64,000 nucleotides of DNA, from the NCBI GenBank assembly GCA_002633005.1, contig NMRA01000123.1, positions 162,893-226,892 of the forward strand. Direction: 5' to 3'. The stretch's first letter is position 1; each line of letters starts with the position of its first letter. Below the pieces are notes generated by a model, which was given only the letters and a program-made list of their open reading frames with translations, had not been told where the DNA came from and did not search any database. A program made the position numbers and the translations under genes. Positions 1-14,200 of the stretch are shown here, in pieces. This DNA comes from Phoronis australis. Taxonomy: Eukaryota > Animalia > Phoronida.

Positions 1-520
1 TTACCTTGTCTAAAATTCGTATTTTCTCGACATCATATGCAAAAATGATGTCCACAACAGAAACTGGAATTTTTATGCAACCCATACCGCCAAATGTAAT
101 ACAATAAATTATTATTTACCCAGTGTTACCTCGCTAATTGTCATTATTTATACCTTTTCATTTAATTTAGTGCAACACAGAGCTATCAGCGCATGGATTC
201 TAAATCAAGAAAAATGTTTGGATTTGAGTAATTAATTTTCCAAAGGATAACCTATAACCACTGACATTTTTACAGGCTGTATGACGTTTTTACTGGGTGT
301 AAAACGTAAAGTACTATAACAGTTGAACTACGTCTACATGTATGAGTCTCGGCCTTATGAGAGAAATTATATAAGTAGACATCCTTGCAAAAACAGGCAA
401 AAGATTTCACTTTTGAATTCATATCATGCAGCTCCATCTTTGCAAAAACTCGAGTTCCATGTGAAATTCTTCCAAAATTAGAGGTTTTTTTTTAATCAGC
501 GTCAGTTTGAGTTAAAAGTT

Positions 521-1245
521 TTTCAGTCTCGGACTCTCGTAAAATGCAGAGAAGCCGAGGGTGCTCGTTTCAGTCAAAAACTTAGGCATTGGCCTTGACC
601 TTAACATTTGAGAGTCTGATCTGAAGAAATAACGAATTGTGAGTTTTTACCGAGGCCAGCGATTACTTCCAAACTGAGTGAGGAATAAGGCAAGGCCAAT
701 TTTTCAGCAGTTAGGTACTTAAATCATATCCTGCTTTTGACAGAAAGCACGGGTTTAATGCCGATCAAAACTTGTGTAAAATATTGGTTCGAGTGTTGCC
801 AAGTTTATTTTCAAATTACGAAATTGTACGTTGCACAGATAATATTTATCATGGAATTTTCAGTGCCGCTCTTTATTACTTGGAGACTAATTGGTTAATA
901 TGAGATTCGTTAATGTGGTCCTACAATTGTTATATTAAATAGTGGTCACGGTGCTATATGAGTTTCAATTTTCAAAGCAAAGCTAATTTATCTAATCAAA
1001 ATTGCGTCATCTAGTGTTAGATTCTGCGAACATTTTTCCATTTTCAACATTTTCTAAAACTGGAATGTTGAGTCGTTAACTGACAGAAAAAAAAACTTCA
1101 ACCACTGAGCAAGTTTTAAATCAGCAAATCTATCAACACGGGCAATCGTAAACAACATTGACTCATGTTTGGCACGTACAAGCCTTATGTTTGGCTGTGG
1201 AACTTTTAAGCAGATAACACAGATGGCGAGAGTCAGAGACTGAAA
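521..1245. mobile_element. Putative MITE
   Basis: 19-bp inverted repeats tttcagtctcggactctcg (521-539) and cgagagtcagagactgaaa (1227-1245), one mismatch; non-coding interior. Confidence 0.45.
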
Positions 1246-2219
1246 TGAGCCTCAAATGGCATCTTGGCAATCAATGTTTAAAAAATAATTTCAAGATTGC
1301 TAAGCAACCCATGTTTTGCACCTGGTAATGAATGGTGTTCATGGCAACAACATTTTACTGGTGAGTTAAGAGTCATGACAGATTTTCATTTTTATATACA
1401 CTATTCATACTCGGTTTCAAAAATATGACGCTAACAAATTTCCTCAACTGAAGCGAAGCTTTGCAATAGAGAACCCGTCTAATACAATCTATGTTTATCT
1501 TTTGATGCTCTGGCCCTGATCGGATACCGCGCATTATTTTATAGTAAGATTCATATTTCATCCACTGTCTGATGTATGCCTGTCTTTACTAGGCTAGATG
1601 TGACGCATCTGTGAAACTAACTTGATAGCGAGATCACGAAATAAGCATAACTCTGAACTGGGAATATGGTTGTAGCATTGGACTTGGGTAGTACATCAGT
1701 TTCGCTATGAGATACGAAGCAAATATTTTATTACCGACATCACGACTTGGCCAGAGAACATGATATTTTGAAACACACGATTTGTCTTTTAAAACACGCG
1801 TTCCGTCAAAGAAACTAACTTTTGATTTAGACCACTGACCGCTATAAAATCGGTTTCACCTTGTTCCTTATTCATACAAGTGATTATTTGCCATGCAAAG
1901 GACTGACAATTCGTCATTCCGTGAAACCATGCTCGGCGAATAAAACTTCACGTGGTGACAAGCCAACTTGCACAGCTTGGTCTCTATAAGGATCCGTCAT
2001 TTGTTTGAATTTCAAGCCTAAACAGCACATAAATTTTGAACAAGCAACAACGTGAGAACAATTTCATAACGGTAAGTGATCTGAAACAAGTCGGTTTTTG
2101 TAACAGAAGTCGCGTTTATAGCCACTTTGAATAGAAGCAAGCTTAACTCAAACCACCAAGGTAACAGAAAGGAAGAAACATAAGTTTACAAGGACGGCTC
2201 AGTGAGACAGTTTACTCAC

Positions 2220-2427
2220 AGTGTGTTCTGTATCCATGCACTGCACGCGCTGCGGCGGGGCTTCCATAATACGCCGCTGGTGATACGCTTCCGTCGTGGT
2301 GGTAAAACACATCCGAGTCTCCTTCCATTTGCGGGGGTCCGGACCCACCGTCTACTACCGCATGCACCATTCTGTTGTCTGCGTGACGCAGCCAATGCGG
2401 AACGCTCGATTCTGTAGCTAAATCCAT
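2220..2427 (-). CDS. First coding exon of a GATA1/2/3-class transcription factor (GATA2/3-like N-terminus); zinc-finger exons would lie off-window to the left
   Basis: GC-rich exon 2459-2220 between ttttcag| and |gtgagt (phase 1). MDLATESSVPHWLRH...DSDVFYHHDGSVSPAAYYGSPAAARAVHGY resembles the recalled GATA2 N-terminus (MEVAPEQPRWMAH...[29 protein letters not shown]). No zinc finger is visible in the window. Confidence 0.75.
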
Positions 2428-3159
2428 CGACTATCCTTCTTTGCACTTGCGGAGTTACACTGAAAATATGTCATGTTTTAGTAAAACTAGATTTCAATTA
2501 TTGAGCAACATCCTCCTTGGTTTTCCGCACTGTATAAGTTCAATGGCGAAACATTGCCGTCACGAGGGCTGAATGATAAACCCCCACACCATGTGAAAAC
2601 GACGTCGCAAAATACATAAAAATCAACTTCCTTGTTTAGGAGAAGTGCATTGAAACTTCTATTCCAACTCCAAGATAGCCTATTACCGTTGTAGCTGTAT
2701 CAATCTTGTCTCTCATTCAAAACCTTTGCTCGATACAACTGATCGAATGATAGTGTTGACAAGATTAAATGATACGTCTAAAATTGAAATAGTGCACAAA
2801 TTTAACTTGACTGGCTATGCTCTCAATTTAGGTATCACGCATGAATTGTATAAAATGAAAACTAAGATTTTAAGTGTGATAAACGCCTGTTTGTAAAGAT
2901 CGGCACGTTATCTGATCTCACAAGGCGTGTTTACAGATAGATCATCTCAACGATTAAACATGTAAAAATGTAGTTTGAAACTACAGGAAAATGATTTCGA
3001 ATCAAGGAACTTTTCGGCACGAACATCGCAAGCAAGATTACTGTTTAATGAACGTTTGCATTTATAATCAACCCAATGTACGCGATGTAATCTCGTACAC
3101 GTGCTTAAGTTAGTTAAACTAGCTATCTTGACTATGGCCTGTAGTGTCGGCTCCCGCAA

Positions 3160-4700
3160 TGCACCGACTTACCCACTGATAGAACTGGTGCGATTTGGTT
3201 AAAATAAAACTTTACGCCGGCGTAAACTACAGCTGAGACAACTTACCCGATTTCTTGGCCGAACTTGACTCGAATACACACTGCGCCGTTGACGGTATTT
3301 TGTAAAATAAAAGTTAGTTAACGCTGTCCCCCTTTTCTGTATAGCGAGTTCATTTTGCCTGGCGCCGTTTTTGTCTAGCTCAATACACATTGCCGTCTCC
3401 ACACCAATCGGAATTTGGCCAATCACGAGAGTTCTGTTATCGACCACTCGCTCGCAAGGTCGCGAATAGCATTGAAGTAACATGTAACTCGATTTCTGGT
3501 TGGACGATGCCTGATTGGTGGAATGAGAGCGATTGTCAATCACTCGGTAGACACCCTGACAGTACTTGGGAAAAAATAAAGATTTGACGCAGAAGATTCC
3601 CATCGCGTGTTACTCGAAGCTAATTTTCTGCAGCTGATCTTATCAATACTAAAAGTTTACAGAACATCTTCAGTGTAAATGTAATGTACGGTATCATTAT
3701 TTAATACACACTTACAATACAAATGGCACAATCTCATGGGCCTCCTGCTTGAGGGGAATTTGTTGAGAGCGGTTTCGCCACTGCAAACTTTAAGCACGCG
3801 TCTCTTTTAATTTATCAGCAATACACACGAACAAAAACTGAATCTTGTTGAGTGAAGGCCTGCGTTTTGCGAAATAACTGGTAACCATTTATCTAAGTTT
3901 CAATTTATGGCCTTCGTTGTGTTCAGAGGAATTCGAATAATTTGCAACTGTTCGAATTGGCATGAAAATAACTTTCATAGAAAAGATGTCTGAAAGCACA
4001 CTTGAGCAACGTTTCAACTCATGCACGGGTAACAATTAACTTCGTAAAGTCAACACTAGAGTGTTTTCTTATGGGCAAAAATTATAAGTTTAACGTGTAG
4101 ACTTGCGTAGCAGCTCCTGGGCGGCCAAAGCGCATACGAGAGCTAACCACGCTAGCAGTGCGTGCGCGCGCTACTTCCAACACGCGAACGCAGCCAAGAG
4201 TGAGAAGTAAGACGGGTTTATTAGCTCTATTGTAACAAGTGTTTATTTGACAAATACCAATAATCCTCAACATATTTTCAACTGTAGGCAATCCAATTAT
4301 TGTAATTAGATCAATCTCCCTAATCCCTTGTCCGACGGTCGGTAGTCAGGTTTAGGCGGCGGTCATTCTTTGATCTGGGGCGTGTTTTGAAAGGGGCCAA
4401 AGACCACAGTCCAAAGGGAGGAAATAGGCATCGCCACGGCGAGACGGTGGGGATGACGGTAAAAGGTATTGTGGGGGGGGGGGTATTTTGTTTGATAGAT
4501 GGCTGTTGCAATCGAGCCGCACAAGCGAGACGCACGCTTGCGCGGCTCGGAAAAGTAGAAACGTGTGGCAGAAAGCAACAACAGAAGTGTAACCAACTTT
4601 TCAAAGTCATGATAAATCGGTCGGTGCATTCCTGGGGTGGAATTATGTGTACCAAATTCAATGAAATGGTAGTTCATTGGTGGGTTGATGTACCCTAGTA
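3160..4700 (-). promoter_or_regulatory. Candidate promoter and non-coding first exon(s) of the GATA gene
   Basis: CpG-enriched; minus-strand gtaagt donors near 3172 and 3246; CCAAT boxes near 3404-3423; CAGCTG E-box (3631-3636) next to TTATCA (3640-3645). The first coding exon starts with an acceptor, so an upstream exon is required. Confidence 0.4.
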
Positions 4701-6132
4701 TACAAATATAGGTGTTCGATATGAAGATTTCGCAAACCTGTCAACCCTACACCAAAAATCAATTTATTTCAAGAAAGACCATGAATGAAGAAAAACAATG
4801 CTTTTTTGTAAAATGAAAAACAAACTTTTGAATGTTTCACGGAACGCGTTTAGTTTTTTTGGCTCATGATCGTCTTAACATGGAATATCTAGTGTAGTTG
4901 AGGAATATGATTGCGCTGCAGTCGGACCTACAGAACCCAAACTAGTGCTTACGTAAACAATTTTCAAAAGGCTGGTATTTCAAATCAAAAGTGTTCAAAG
5001 GTGCAAAATCGATGATGCGGGTTTTACTAGAAATGTTTTAAGCAGTATGATACAACAGTCACGTGCTTGCTATCATCAATTTGTTAGCTAGTCAAAACAA
5101 CATTCAGTTCTGTAGGTTTCATATAAAGCGGAACGATGTGCATTGTAAACAAACACACGTTGTCCACTATGGTTAACGGCGTAACGCTAACCTTTAACCC
5201 AGGCGTTATTTTTTCTAATTATCAGGTTATTTTCTCACCTGTCGACCGAATAATTGCTTTTAAAGGATTTTAACGCTTGAAACTTAGCCTCGTGTAAATC
5301 TTTGTTAACGGAATAAAGGGTATAATGAATTGTGATAGAGTTTGTCCTGTGGCTTACATCAAGTGCTGGTATCAACTGTTTCACGATGGCTTGTATCAAA
5401 TAGAGATGATATAGAAAACCACACAATCGTAACTGCCATACGATCGCTTGCGATTTTCCCACTACTGATGCGCAACATGATAACGCATCAGGGTGTATTT
5501 TGAATATTACTGGAACGAAATCCATTATTCATAAAGGCATGTTTTATTACGAAACGCAAATTTTAATATGAAACAGACTGAAGGTAGGTAAGGCTATTGC
5601 TCGGAAATATCACAGGCAATTTCAAAAACTCAGAGCAGGACGTATTCGGAGTATGAAAAACAGGTATTGTGTAGAGGAAAATCACTCTGGCCAAAGAAAT
5701 AACAAAAATTCCCACGCTCTGTTTTGTAAAACGTGGCTATTGATCTATTGACGAAATGCGAAATAAACAACGCCACTATATTTAGTTTCAGACTTTCAAC
5801 TTTCAAAGCATTCAATGAATTACGCGTGATTAGTCTATTACGCGTGGAAATGTCGGGTGTTTGGGACCAGTGTCCGCACTAATTATGAAAACCATTCAGG
5901 TTCTTGAACGCCCAAATTCTTTCCTCATTGTTCATTGTAAATATTTTGAATTTCCCCCCATACTCTTTTGTTCCATTGAGCCTAGCGATGGAGCTCTTTA
6001 GGTGAATCACAGTATTGAACTAACTGGATGACAGAGGCGTACAAAATCAATTATGGAATTTCAAGAGAGTAAAATGCCCTCTTATTCTGAACGTTGATCC
6101 TCGTTTCATTGCTTTCAAATGGTTGTGATAAC

Positions 6133-6318
6133 CACGATGGTGACAACGATGATGACGATGATGATGATGATGACAATGACGCATTTTCGATATACGAAAA
6201 ACAAATATGTGCATTTTAGCAATACTGATGACGACCACAGTGATTATGATGGTGTTGGTGGTGGCGATGATAACGATGATGATGATGATGGTGATGATGG
6301 TGATGATGGTGATGATGG
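6133..6318. repeat. Degenerate (GAT/GGT/GAC)n microsatellite
   Basis: Runs of gatgatgat and ggtgatgat; explains the poly-His, poly-Asp and poly-Met ORFs. Confidence 0.9.
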
Positions 6319-7303
6319 GACTCTCGTGATTTTAACGCTCTTTGGTAAAATGACGTTGATAGCCTGGAAATCAGGGGGAGGGCATCTTTGTTTCGGAGTC
6401 TCTGCTCGTCAGTACAACTACCCACTGCACGCAAAAGTTGTCTGAGATCGGTTTGTTCGTTTTTCGACAGAACATTGACTCACGATCGACTGGTGCATGC
6501 CCTTCAGTGAGCGATTTTCAAGGATATGGTAATTTCTATAAATCTGCAGTGTCTACTTAAAGAATCCATTTAAATATAGTTGTCATATTTAGTATGCTTC
6601 CACTCAAGTCTTACAGTACTGTAACGAAACACTTGGACACGGAAGCGCTTTACAAGAAGTGATAATGAAATTAAGAATAGCTTATTTTCTGTAGCTGCAT
6701 AAGTTGCTTACTAACGCCCCCTATTGTGTATTGAGAAAACTATACAGTCGACTGTGATATCGACATGTGTTCTTTTACGCTATCTACCGCGACCATCTCG
6801 TAATCCATGATTAAACATAATAAAATTCAAGTTTCGCTCTTAATTTCATCATCGGAGTTCAGATAAAATCTAGCTTAGCCTCCTTATGAAAAGGAACTCA
6901 CAGAATTCACGCTGATTCCGACAATTCAAAGATTTTATCAAAATTGCTATTTTTGGCGCGTTGAATTGTCACTAAAACGGCAAACGATTTGAACAATACA
7001 AGAGTGATCGATGATCGCTTTAATCAAAGAATAAACATGTCTTTAATAACATCACAACAACGATCTGATTTTAATCTCCGCCGGCTATTCCGTGACAATG
7101 GAATTGGCTAAGAAAAAATGAATAACAGTCACATGCATCTAGGATATTTTTCGTACATGTAGTTCTAACGAACGTAAGAGAAAAATCATTTTGGTGAGAC
7201 CGTTTTAAGGCATATATATAGTGATTAATAACTTTTGATTACAACAGTAATTGCATAACCTTTCGCAATAATTTTGCACAAGATATCCTTCTTAGTCACG
7301 GAC

Positions 7304-7450
7304 CAGGGGCGAATACAGGATTTTAAATGGGAGGGGGACAGGGCAGAGTTTTAGCCAGGATTTTGCCCCTCAGACATTTACACCCCGAACTGACCAATGG
7401 AATTTGGGAGAAGTTTAAGGGGGCCATGGCCCCCTCTAAATCCGCCATTG
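7304..7450. mobile_element. Short non-autonomous hAT-like element, 5-bp TSD (family A)
   Basis: Ends caggggcgaatacagg and aaatccgccattg; flanked by cggac (7299-7303, 7451-7455). Confidence 0.7.
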
Positions 7451-8098
7451 CGGACCCACACATAATTCTGATGTTCAAAGAAAATTTTGCTTCACTGAAC
7501 GAAGGCTACTGTTATTGCATTTAAAAGAACAGCAATTTAATCCCGCGTCAATATGGTTTTCAACGTCTCAGGCCTTAACGGAAGCAATTAGAAAATGCCT
7601 GTAAACTACATTTGGAAAATGGGTTTTTGTGAAGGACAAACCAATAAAAACAACGCTGCTTCTGATAAAATCAATGCATTTATATTTCAAATTCTGACTT
7701 CGTACAAAAGTTGGTGATTATATGCCGGCGAAAGAGTCGTCCGGTGCATTACATCAGGCTATATCCATTTCGTTTAAATCATTTCTCGCCTCTCACAAAC
7801 TCATCACAGGGCAACATTCCCCGGAGGGCTCTCCTAATAGTTTTGTCTACTTGAGTGGAGAATTTCACGTCACCAACAGAATATGATTTTAACATTGATT
7901 TCAGCGACAATCGGTTATTCATCGCCTCCTACAGTAGACATTATACATAAAAACGACGCACAAAAAAGGTTCCAATATTTCGCTGACGCAATCCGTTTCC
8001 CTTTTTCTGCGCATGCTCATTAAAAGCTATGCTGCACTCAGTAACTTTTCAGACGAGCACTAAAAACTGATAATGTCAAAACTTTTATTTTAGTCCTG

Positions 8099-8248
8099 GG
8101 CCCAGTTGCATAAAAGTTATACGCTGAATAACAACAATGACGTCGCATTATCACGCGTCACGTTGTTATTGTTGAACAATGCACCAGACGTCACGCAACA
8201 ATCAAACTTATCCAGCGGATAACATTTGGAGCTTTATGCAACCCAGCC
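8099..8248. mobile_element. Harbinger-like MITE
   Basis: Imperfect TIRs ggcccagttgcataaaag and gctttatgcaacccagcc, flanked by CTG on both sides; CWG targets are known for Harbinger. Confidence 0.6.
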
Positions 8249-11200
8249 CTGACGTCTAAGTGAAGTTCTTGGCAAACAGCGGGCTCGTGCGTTCACAGCT
8301 TCTCACAGGCGACTGCCATTATTTCTCCAATTTCCTGTCCGTTTTGCCCATCCAAACACATTTTGCTGTCCAACATCCCCGGAAACGGATTCCTCTACGA
8401 CCACTTCAGATGAGTTGGATAAAAGAGAAACGACGGTTATTATTTAAACGACAGTCTTGGAATGTAATGGATATTTGATCTCTGCGTCTTAATCAAAAGC
8501 TTAGATCCAATTAGATACTTAATTAGTTGTCTTATCTCGCATCCTCAAAACTTATATTAAAGATACAACTTAATGTCTAAAACATAGCTTCCCTCGTCCA
8601 ATTCACTTTTTATCTGATTGTGAAAGGGCCATCGGGAATACACGGATTGATCGTTGCCGCTAACTGGCTATTGCACGCCGGTTGTGCTGTGTATCGCCGC
8701 CCGGCCAAATCCCGGTGGATTTTTACAGTGTATTGTTATTCATTTTTAGTCCATCTCGGTTTTAATTACATCATGGACGCAGATTTTGACCTTGCAGTAA
8801 GATATGCTTATAAATTGTCTTTGTTAGGTATTTAAACGCAATAAACATACCTTTTAAACCGGACATGTTTCGACAGTTAATTGCCCCGGCACTGATCGAC
8901 ATTGCCAGAAACACTATCAGGTCCATTTTAGTTGCTGTAAGTTACAACGTCAAGAACGGTGTGTCCTGTAATGTTAATCAGGAGCTATGAAAAGTGTAAC
9001 TGCCATGACATTGTAATGCATATTTGAACGTTAGGGGTGGGCCGGGCATTTAATAAGGAGGTTTCGAGAGTGTGTCACATAGCCCCAAAGTAGTCGTTGT
9101 TTTACGACATTGTCCAATATATAAACCTTTTGATTTTAGAGAACAGATTGCTTATTTTGAAAAATGTTGATTTTGCGATGAGTTTTTGTTACTAAAGCAT
9201 TATGCAGTAGCGCGCGACAATAGGCATAAACACAAGTACAGGCATTATGGGTTTTAAGTTATGGTAAAACCGCGTATTTTGAATTCATTAAAGAAGAAAT
9301 TTCTAGTTTTGATTCCTTCCGGTCAACATAATTGTTTCACTATATCACCTACATAACATAATCGCTTCTCCAGAGGAGAGGTAGCGAGGCGTTTGTGATT
9401 TTCAAACTGCCATGCTTTCTTACGTGGCGTTAAAATAAGTCGGTGGCCCCTTATTTTTCTAATTTTATAACAAACGTGCGCGACATCAATGAAAACAAAA
9501 CATCTAACAGTGTATTTTTTGTGTAAGTCAGAACTCTAAAATTCGACGTACTGAAAGTCGAGACAAAAAACGTTTAATTACGCAGTCGTAAGAAAACCAG
9601 CAAACCGCAAAATATAATTCAGGCCGTTAAAACATAAAACTGACAACGGGCGACGAAATAATTCCGTTTTCAAAATAAAAAATAAATAAATAAAAGTAAT
9701 TATTAATTTAGTAACATACCGGCATGTAATTTTCCCAATTTTGCAAGAGGTGTCTCTATTTTGGCGGAAAAAACTAATTGGGTGACCTACATATTTTTTT
9801 TTGCAAATTGTAGTAGGTAGAACCAAAAAACAAAATACGAAAATTGAATGAAAAAGAACGATATATCAAAACTGTGTAGAATACCTTTAAACGAAGAAAC
9901 ATATAACAGGCACTGAGAAAAAATCTATTTCAGGGCGTGAGAAGAACTAATCAGTTCGTTATTGCCTGAGGACACGCTCGGCGCACAAAATGACCCGCCG
10001 TGATAAGCCAACTTAGTGAGCCTGATTTCCAGCTAAACATGACATAAAGTAGTTCTTTAAGATTATGTAGCAACCTGTCGACAAATCTAGGTATTTAGTA
10101 AAGTGTTTACCAAACTGTAGGTTTTAACGTTCCTTACAATATCTTTTTTATCACTCCGGCTGGTCTGCTCACTCAGCTTGTCCGGAACCTGCTTTGCAGG
10201 TTGCTATAGCTCAGTTGGCTGTTTGATGTACCCACTTGGTACTTTATTATATGATATTTGCCCATTTGGCAGTTGTACCCATTTGGTACTTGTTATTGAA
10301 TTTGCCGTTTTGCTCGACCCAGTTGGTAGGCAATCGGCCAATACCCATTTGGTATTATGTACCCATTTGGTACTATATAATGCTAACCTGTGCCACTTAG
10401 TATCCGATACTCAATTACACACTGGGTATCGTAAATGTGAGTGTTATCTCTTGTAATTAAGGAACCCATCTGGTTCCTTATGTGAAATATTCATTTGTAG
10501 AGCTGTGACCCTGAAATTCCCAATACAACTTAAAATATATATTATTGTTGTTGTTTTATTTGTTCCCAATAACTCAGTTAAAGAATATATTTTCTAAAAG
10601 TAGAAAACTTGTATAATTTGATTTTTGACTAGACACCAATTTGCCATTAACTGGGTCACACGAACATGTCCTCTTAGTAAAATTTAGCAAAAAAGAAAGG
10701 TACAGGGAATTGTATCCATTTTATGTGATGTAAATGTTCAAGATGAGATCCTAAAATTGTTATTACAGTTTGCTAAAACCTCATATTATTGTTTTCGCTT
10801 TATGCAAGAGTGTTTGTATGAAAATCATGAAAGACGTGTTTCTAATAGCACCTCATGCAGAGTTGAACATTTAACAACAATTACTAAAAATGTTTAGAGT
10901 ATAATATCTGAAAATTTCGTGTGAAATCAAATCAGCCACTTCTGAGATATGGTGTTTTGAAGTTGACCAAATTTGGATATTTTTCTAGGGTCCTACGTAT
11001 TAAAGCCTAACTTCAACGGATTTTTTTATATTTTAGATGTATTGGGCTAACCAGATAGTCCTAGCAAAGCTTTAGTAAAATAAGAGAACGCGAGTTCAAT
11101 CACGCAAATGTAAGTCTGTCAAATGATGAATGAAGCTGCCTTTTCGCGCCATGTTGCGTCACCGCGAGATCCCATCACAAACAACAAAAGGTTGTATTCA

Positions 11201-14200
11201 ATAGGGGTCTGAATAGAACACCATTGCGTGCGGGTGTCATTCGCAGGTGATTCTCGCGGTGACATAGACAAAAGCAAGCCAATACGCCTAACAGTTCGTT
11301 ACATGTGGCAATTTATGGCACTAGTGGGTTCAGAGCGATGCTCTTAACATACAGTAGGAACTAAATTTTCAGGTTTTACCGTTGAAGATAGGTTTTAAGC
11401 AAGTCTTGCTATGTGATTTTCCGATTTGGGTCTGTCGGTACAAAGCCACGTGACTGTGAAATAGAGCAAAAATAGGTCAAGGGATCAGAAAAAAGACTAG
11501 ATGTTGCCGGAGTGTCATTACTTGTGGCTGTAAAAAATTGATTGAACTTCACTTGCTTAAGTTGATAAAGATTCAGGTGTGCACATGCACGTGCGGTATT
11601 GCGCGACGTAATTGTTTTTTAATTACGACTCACTTAAGTACCTGTCGCGACGCAACTATCCGTGGCCAAATTGTTATCAAATGAAGAATCAAGGGTCAGG
11701 AAAAAACTAGTCATTTGTGTTGTTGAAAACTGTTGTAAATTGTAATTATCGGCGTTTTTAACTGATTCGTTTCAATGCGCTCACAGTTGCAAACGAGCTG
11801 CTCGTTATCCTTGTATTGCCTTACGTGACGCGACTTTCGAAACTTAGCCGAGAGAATGTCGCTTAAAATTAAATATAACTACCCATCCATTAGCAAATCA
11901 GAAACGTTAGTTGTATACCTATCAATGGTCTCTGGAAATCCCAGTTAATTTGCCGGCACCTTAAGGGATTTAAATGCTGTCCACAACAGTGATTATAAGG
12001 AGAAACAATGTTCCTATTTTTACAGAACACGCAATGCTTACACTTTGCAAATACGTAATGCGTTACGTAAAAATTAGTTACTAAAAGCAGCACTTTTTCT
12101 GTTTAGCTGGCTAAAAACGAATTCGAATCGGGCCTGTTATTCTCGTAAAATCAGCCTCGTAGTATTCCTCTTTCTGTTGCGAACAAGAGCATCAAGCCAC
12201 ATTAGCGACTTAAAACGTTTCAAAGTTTATTGCGGAATCGAAAACGGCGAGTGCGCCCCTTGCCTGTGGCTTAAGTTTAGCAGCAATTCAAGAACGGATA
12301 AGCGTAATTTTTTAAAACCCAAGTAGGCTTCGGTTAAGAATTCAACATTGACATCTAAACAGCGTCGAAATGTCCCTTTAACTGTACATATATTTCCAAA
12401 CACGAATCCCTGGTAAAAACGGTTTGAAATATTCTTCCCTAAACTCAAACAAAATTCCCCAGGGACATGAAGGCCGAGTCGCCGCTATATAGTTCGAAAA
12501 AAGTACTCCTATGATGTGCCAACAGCCTGTAACACGTGCACACGTACAACAAGCACGTGCGCGCGCGTGGCAGTCAGTTAAAAAGGCGACAATGAAGCAC
12601 GAATAACGTCCAAAATTAAGTTGTAAAAACACACGAATTTATCCTCCTACAACAATTCAACAGTTGTTTGGGAATTTTTCATCAAAATACGCCGATTTTC
12701 GTACGTGAATGTGCTTGTTTTCACAAAATTATGCTTGGCCAATCACCGGCCCTTGACTTCCCCTGTTGTTCAACAACGAGACCTGCAGGTACCACCTCGC
12801 TCGTAATCTCACTTTGCCACCGGCATGTGCATGTAAGTTAGAGCTCAAGCAGGACGTCCAACAACACATTATGTTGGTAATAATCAAACACTTTACAGGT
12901 TAGCAATTACGAATTACCATTTTTATCGGATTTTAAGGCGGATTTTGCCATTCAATAGAACAGTTTATTTTTGTATAATTATGCCGCCTACTGGCCGAAA
13001 TCATTCGAAAATTTTTGAGACTCAGCGAGGGATTTCAATCGGTAAGTCTGTCAAAGACTGGAAACATTATAAGCTTTTCAAAATCAGTTTTAGATTTAGC
13101 TGATGAACAGTCAAAAGTGCACGTGAACTCTGGAAGGATTGAGAGAAATGCGAACCTAGCGGGCTTTCTATCAAAGTTCGGAGTTCTGGAAATTAGTTCA
13201 ACACATCTTACACGGGAGTCCAGCGCTCGGTTTCGTTTTCAAATGCTTATTCTAGACAAGGCCAATAAGCTTCGTTTCCTCGCTTCTTTTGCTCACACAC
13301 ACTCAGAAGATTAGCCCTTGGTCCTTTCTTTTCCTCTCCGGCTTTAATCAGCACTACATAACACAATGCTCGCACAGTAACACTAACCAACCAACTGATG
13401 AGGTCTTCGCCTCGATTTCAAGTAATTTTGACTGTTAGGAATCAGTGATTGTAATAAAATCGCAAAAACATAGTATATGTTGCTGTTTAATAACTTTGGT
13501 CAAAACCAATAACGCCAAGAAGCCAACCACACAAAAAACTCCCAAAAAGTGTTTTCTGGCTGTAAAACCGGTCGCATCCCTTTAAACAAGATGACGTCAC
13601 TCCAACAAGATTCGTTCAAACATAAATCCAAACATTCAACTCTCGCCATTACGTGAAAAGGGATGTCCCGAGGAAATAGTCATATTACGTAAACGGAACT
13701 CGATATATCTTGGTTTGAAGACGTTCGAAATTCCAGTAATGAGGGTGACCAATATAATTATCTGAATCAAATTTTGCTTTTGCCAATACAATTCAGACAT
13801 CCTTTCAAAGATAGATGGACCAGGACACTCTACAGGTTATGGATATGTTCTGTACTTCAGAGCAGGAGTTCGACTAGAAACGAATGGTTCTACCATGTAT
13901 CCAAAATAATGTAAATCTTAGTTTCTAGTTATCTTCTAAGAAATTACATGTACGCCTTGACTATTTATTTTAGCTTATAACTTGAACACATGGGTTTTGT
14001 TTAAAAGAGAACTCGTTTTAACTTGATCATGTTTTACCGTTTTGGGGGCGTTCCTCGGCATCTCAGTGAGACTGATTTCTGTGTTTGAAATACAAGAGAA
14101 ACACATTGGTTTTTAAAGTCGTTTTATGTCTTCATTAAAACATGTTATTACCAGTACTGCGGATCAAACAAGGGCCATGTTCTTGACATAATCATAAAAA

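Noticed and set aside
3199-4698. Several ORFs of 100-134 aa upstream of the GATA exon
   Set aside because: Overlapping on both strands in GC-richer promoter-like DNA, with no protein-like features.
6047-6445. Poly-His, poly-Asp and poly-Met ORFs
   Set aside because: Translations of a trinucleotide microsatellite; no exon context.
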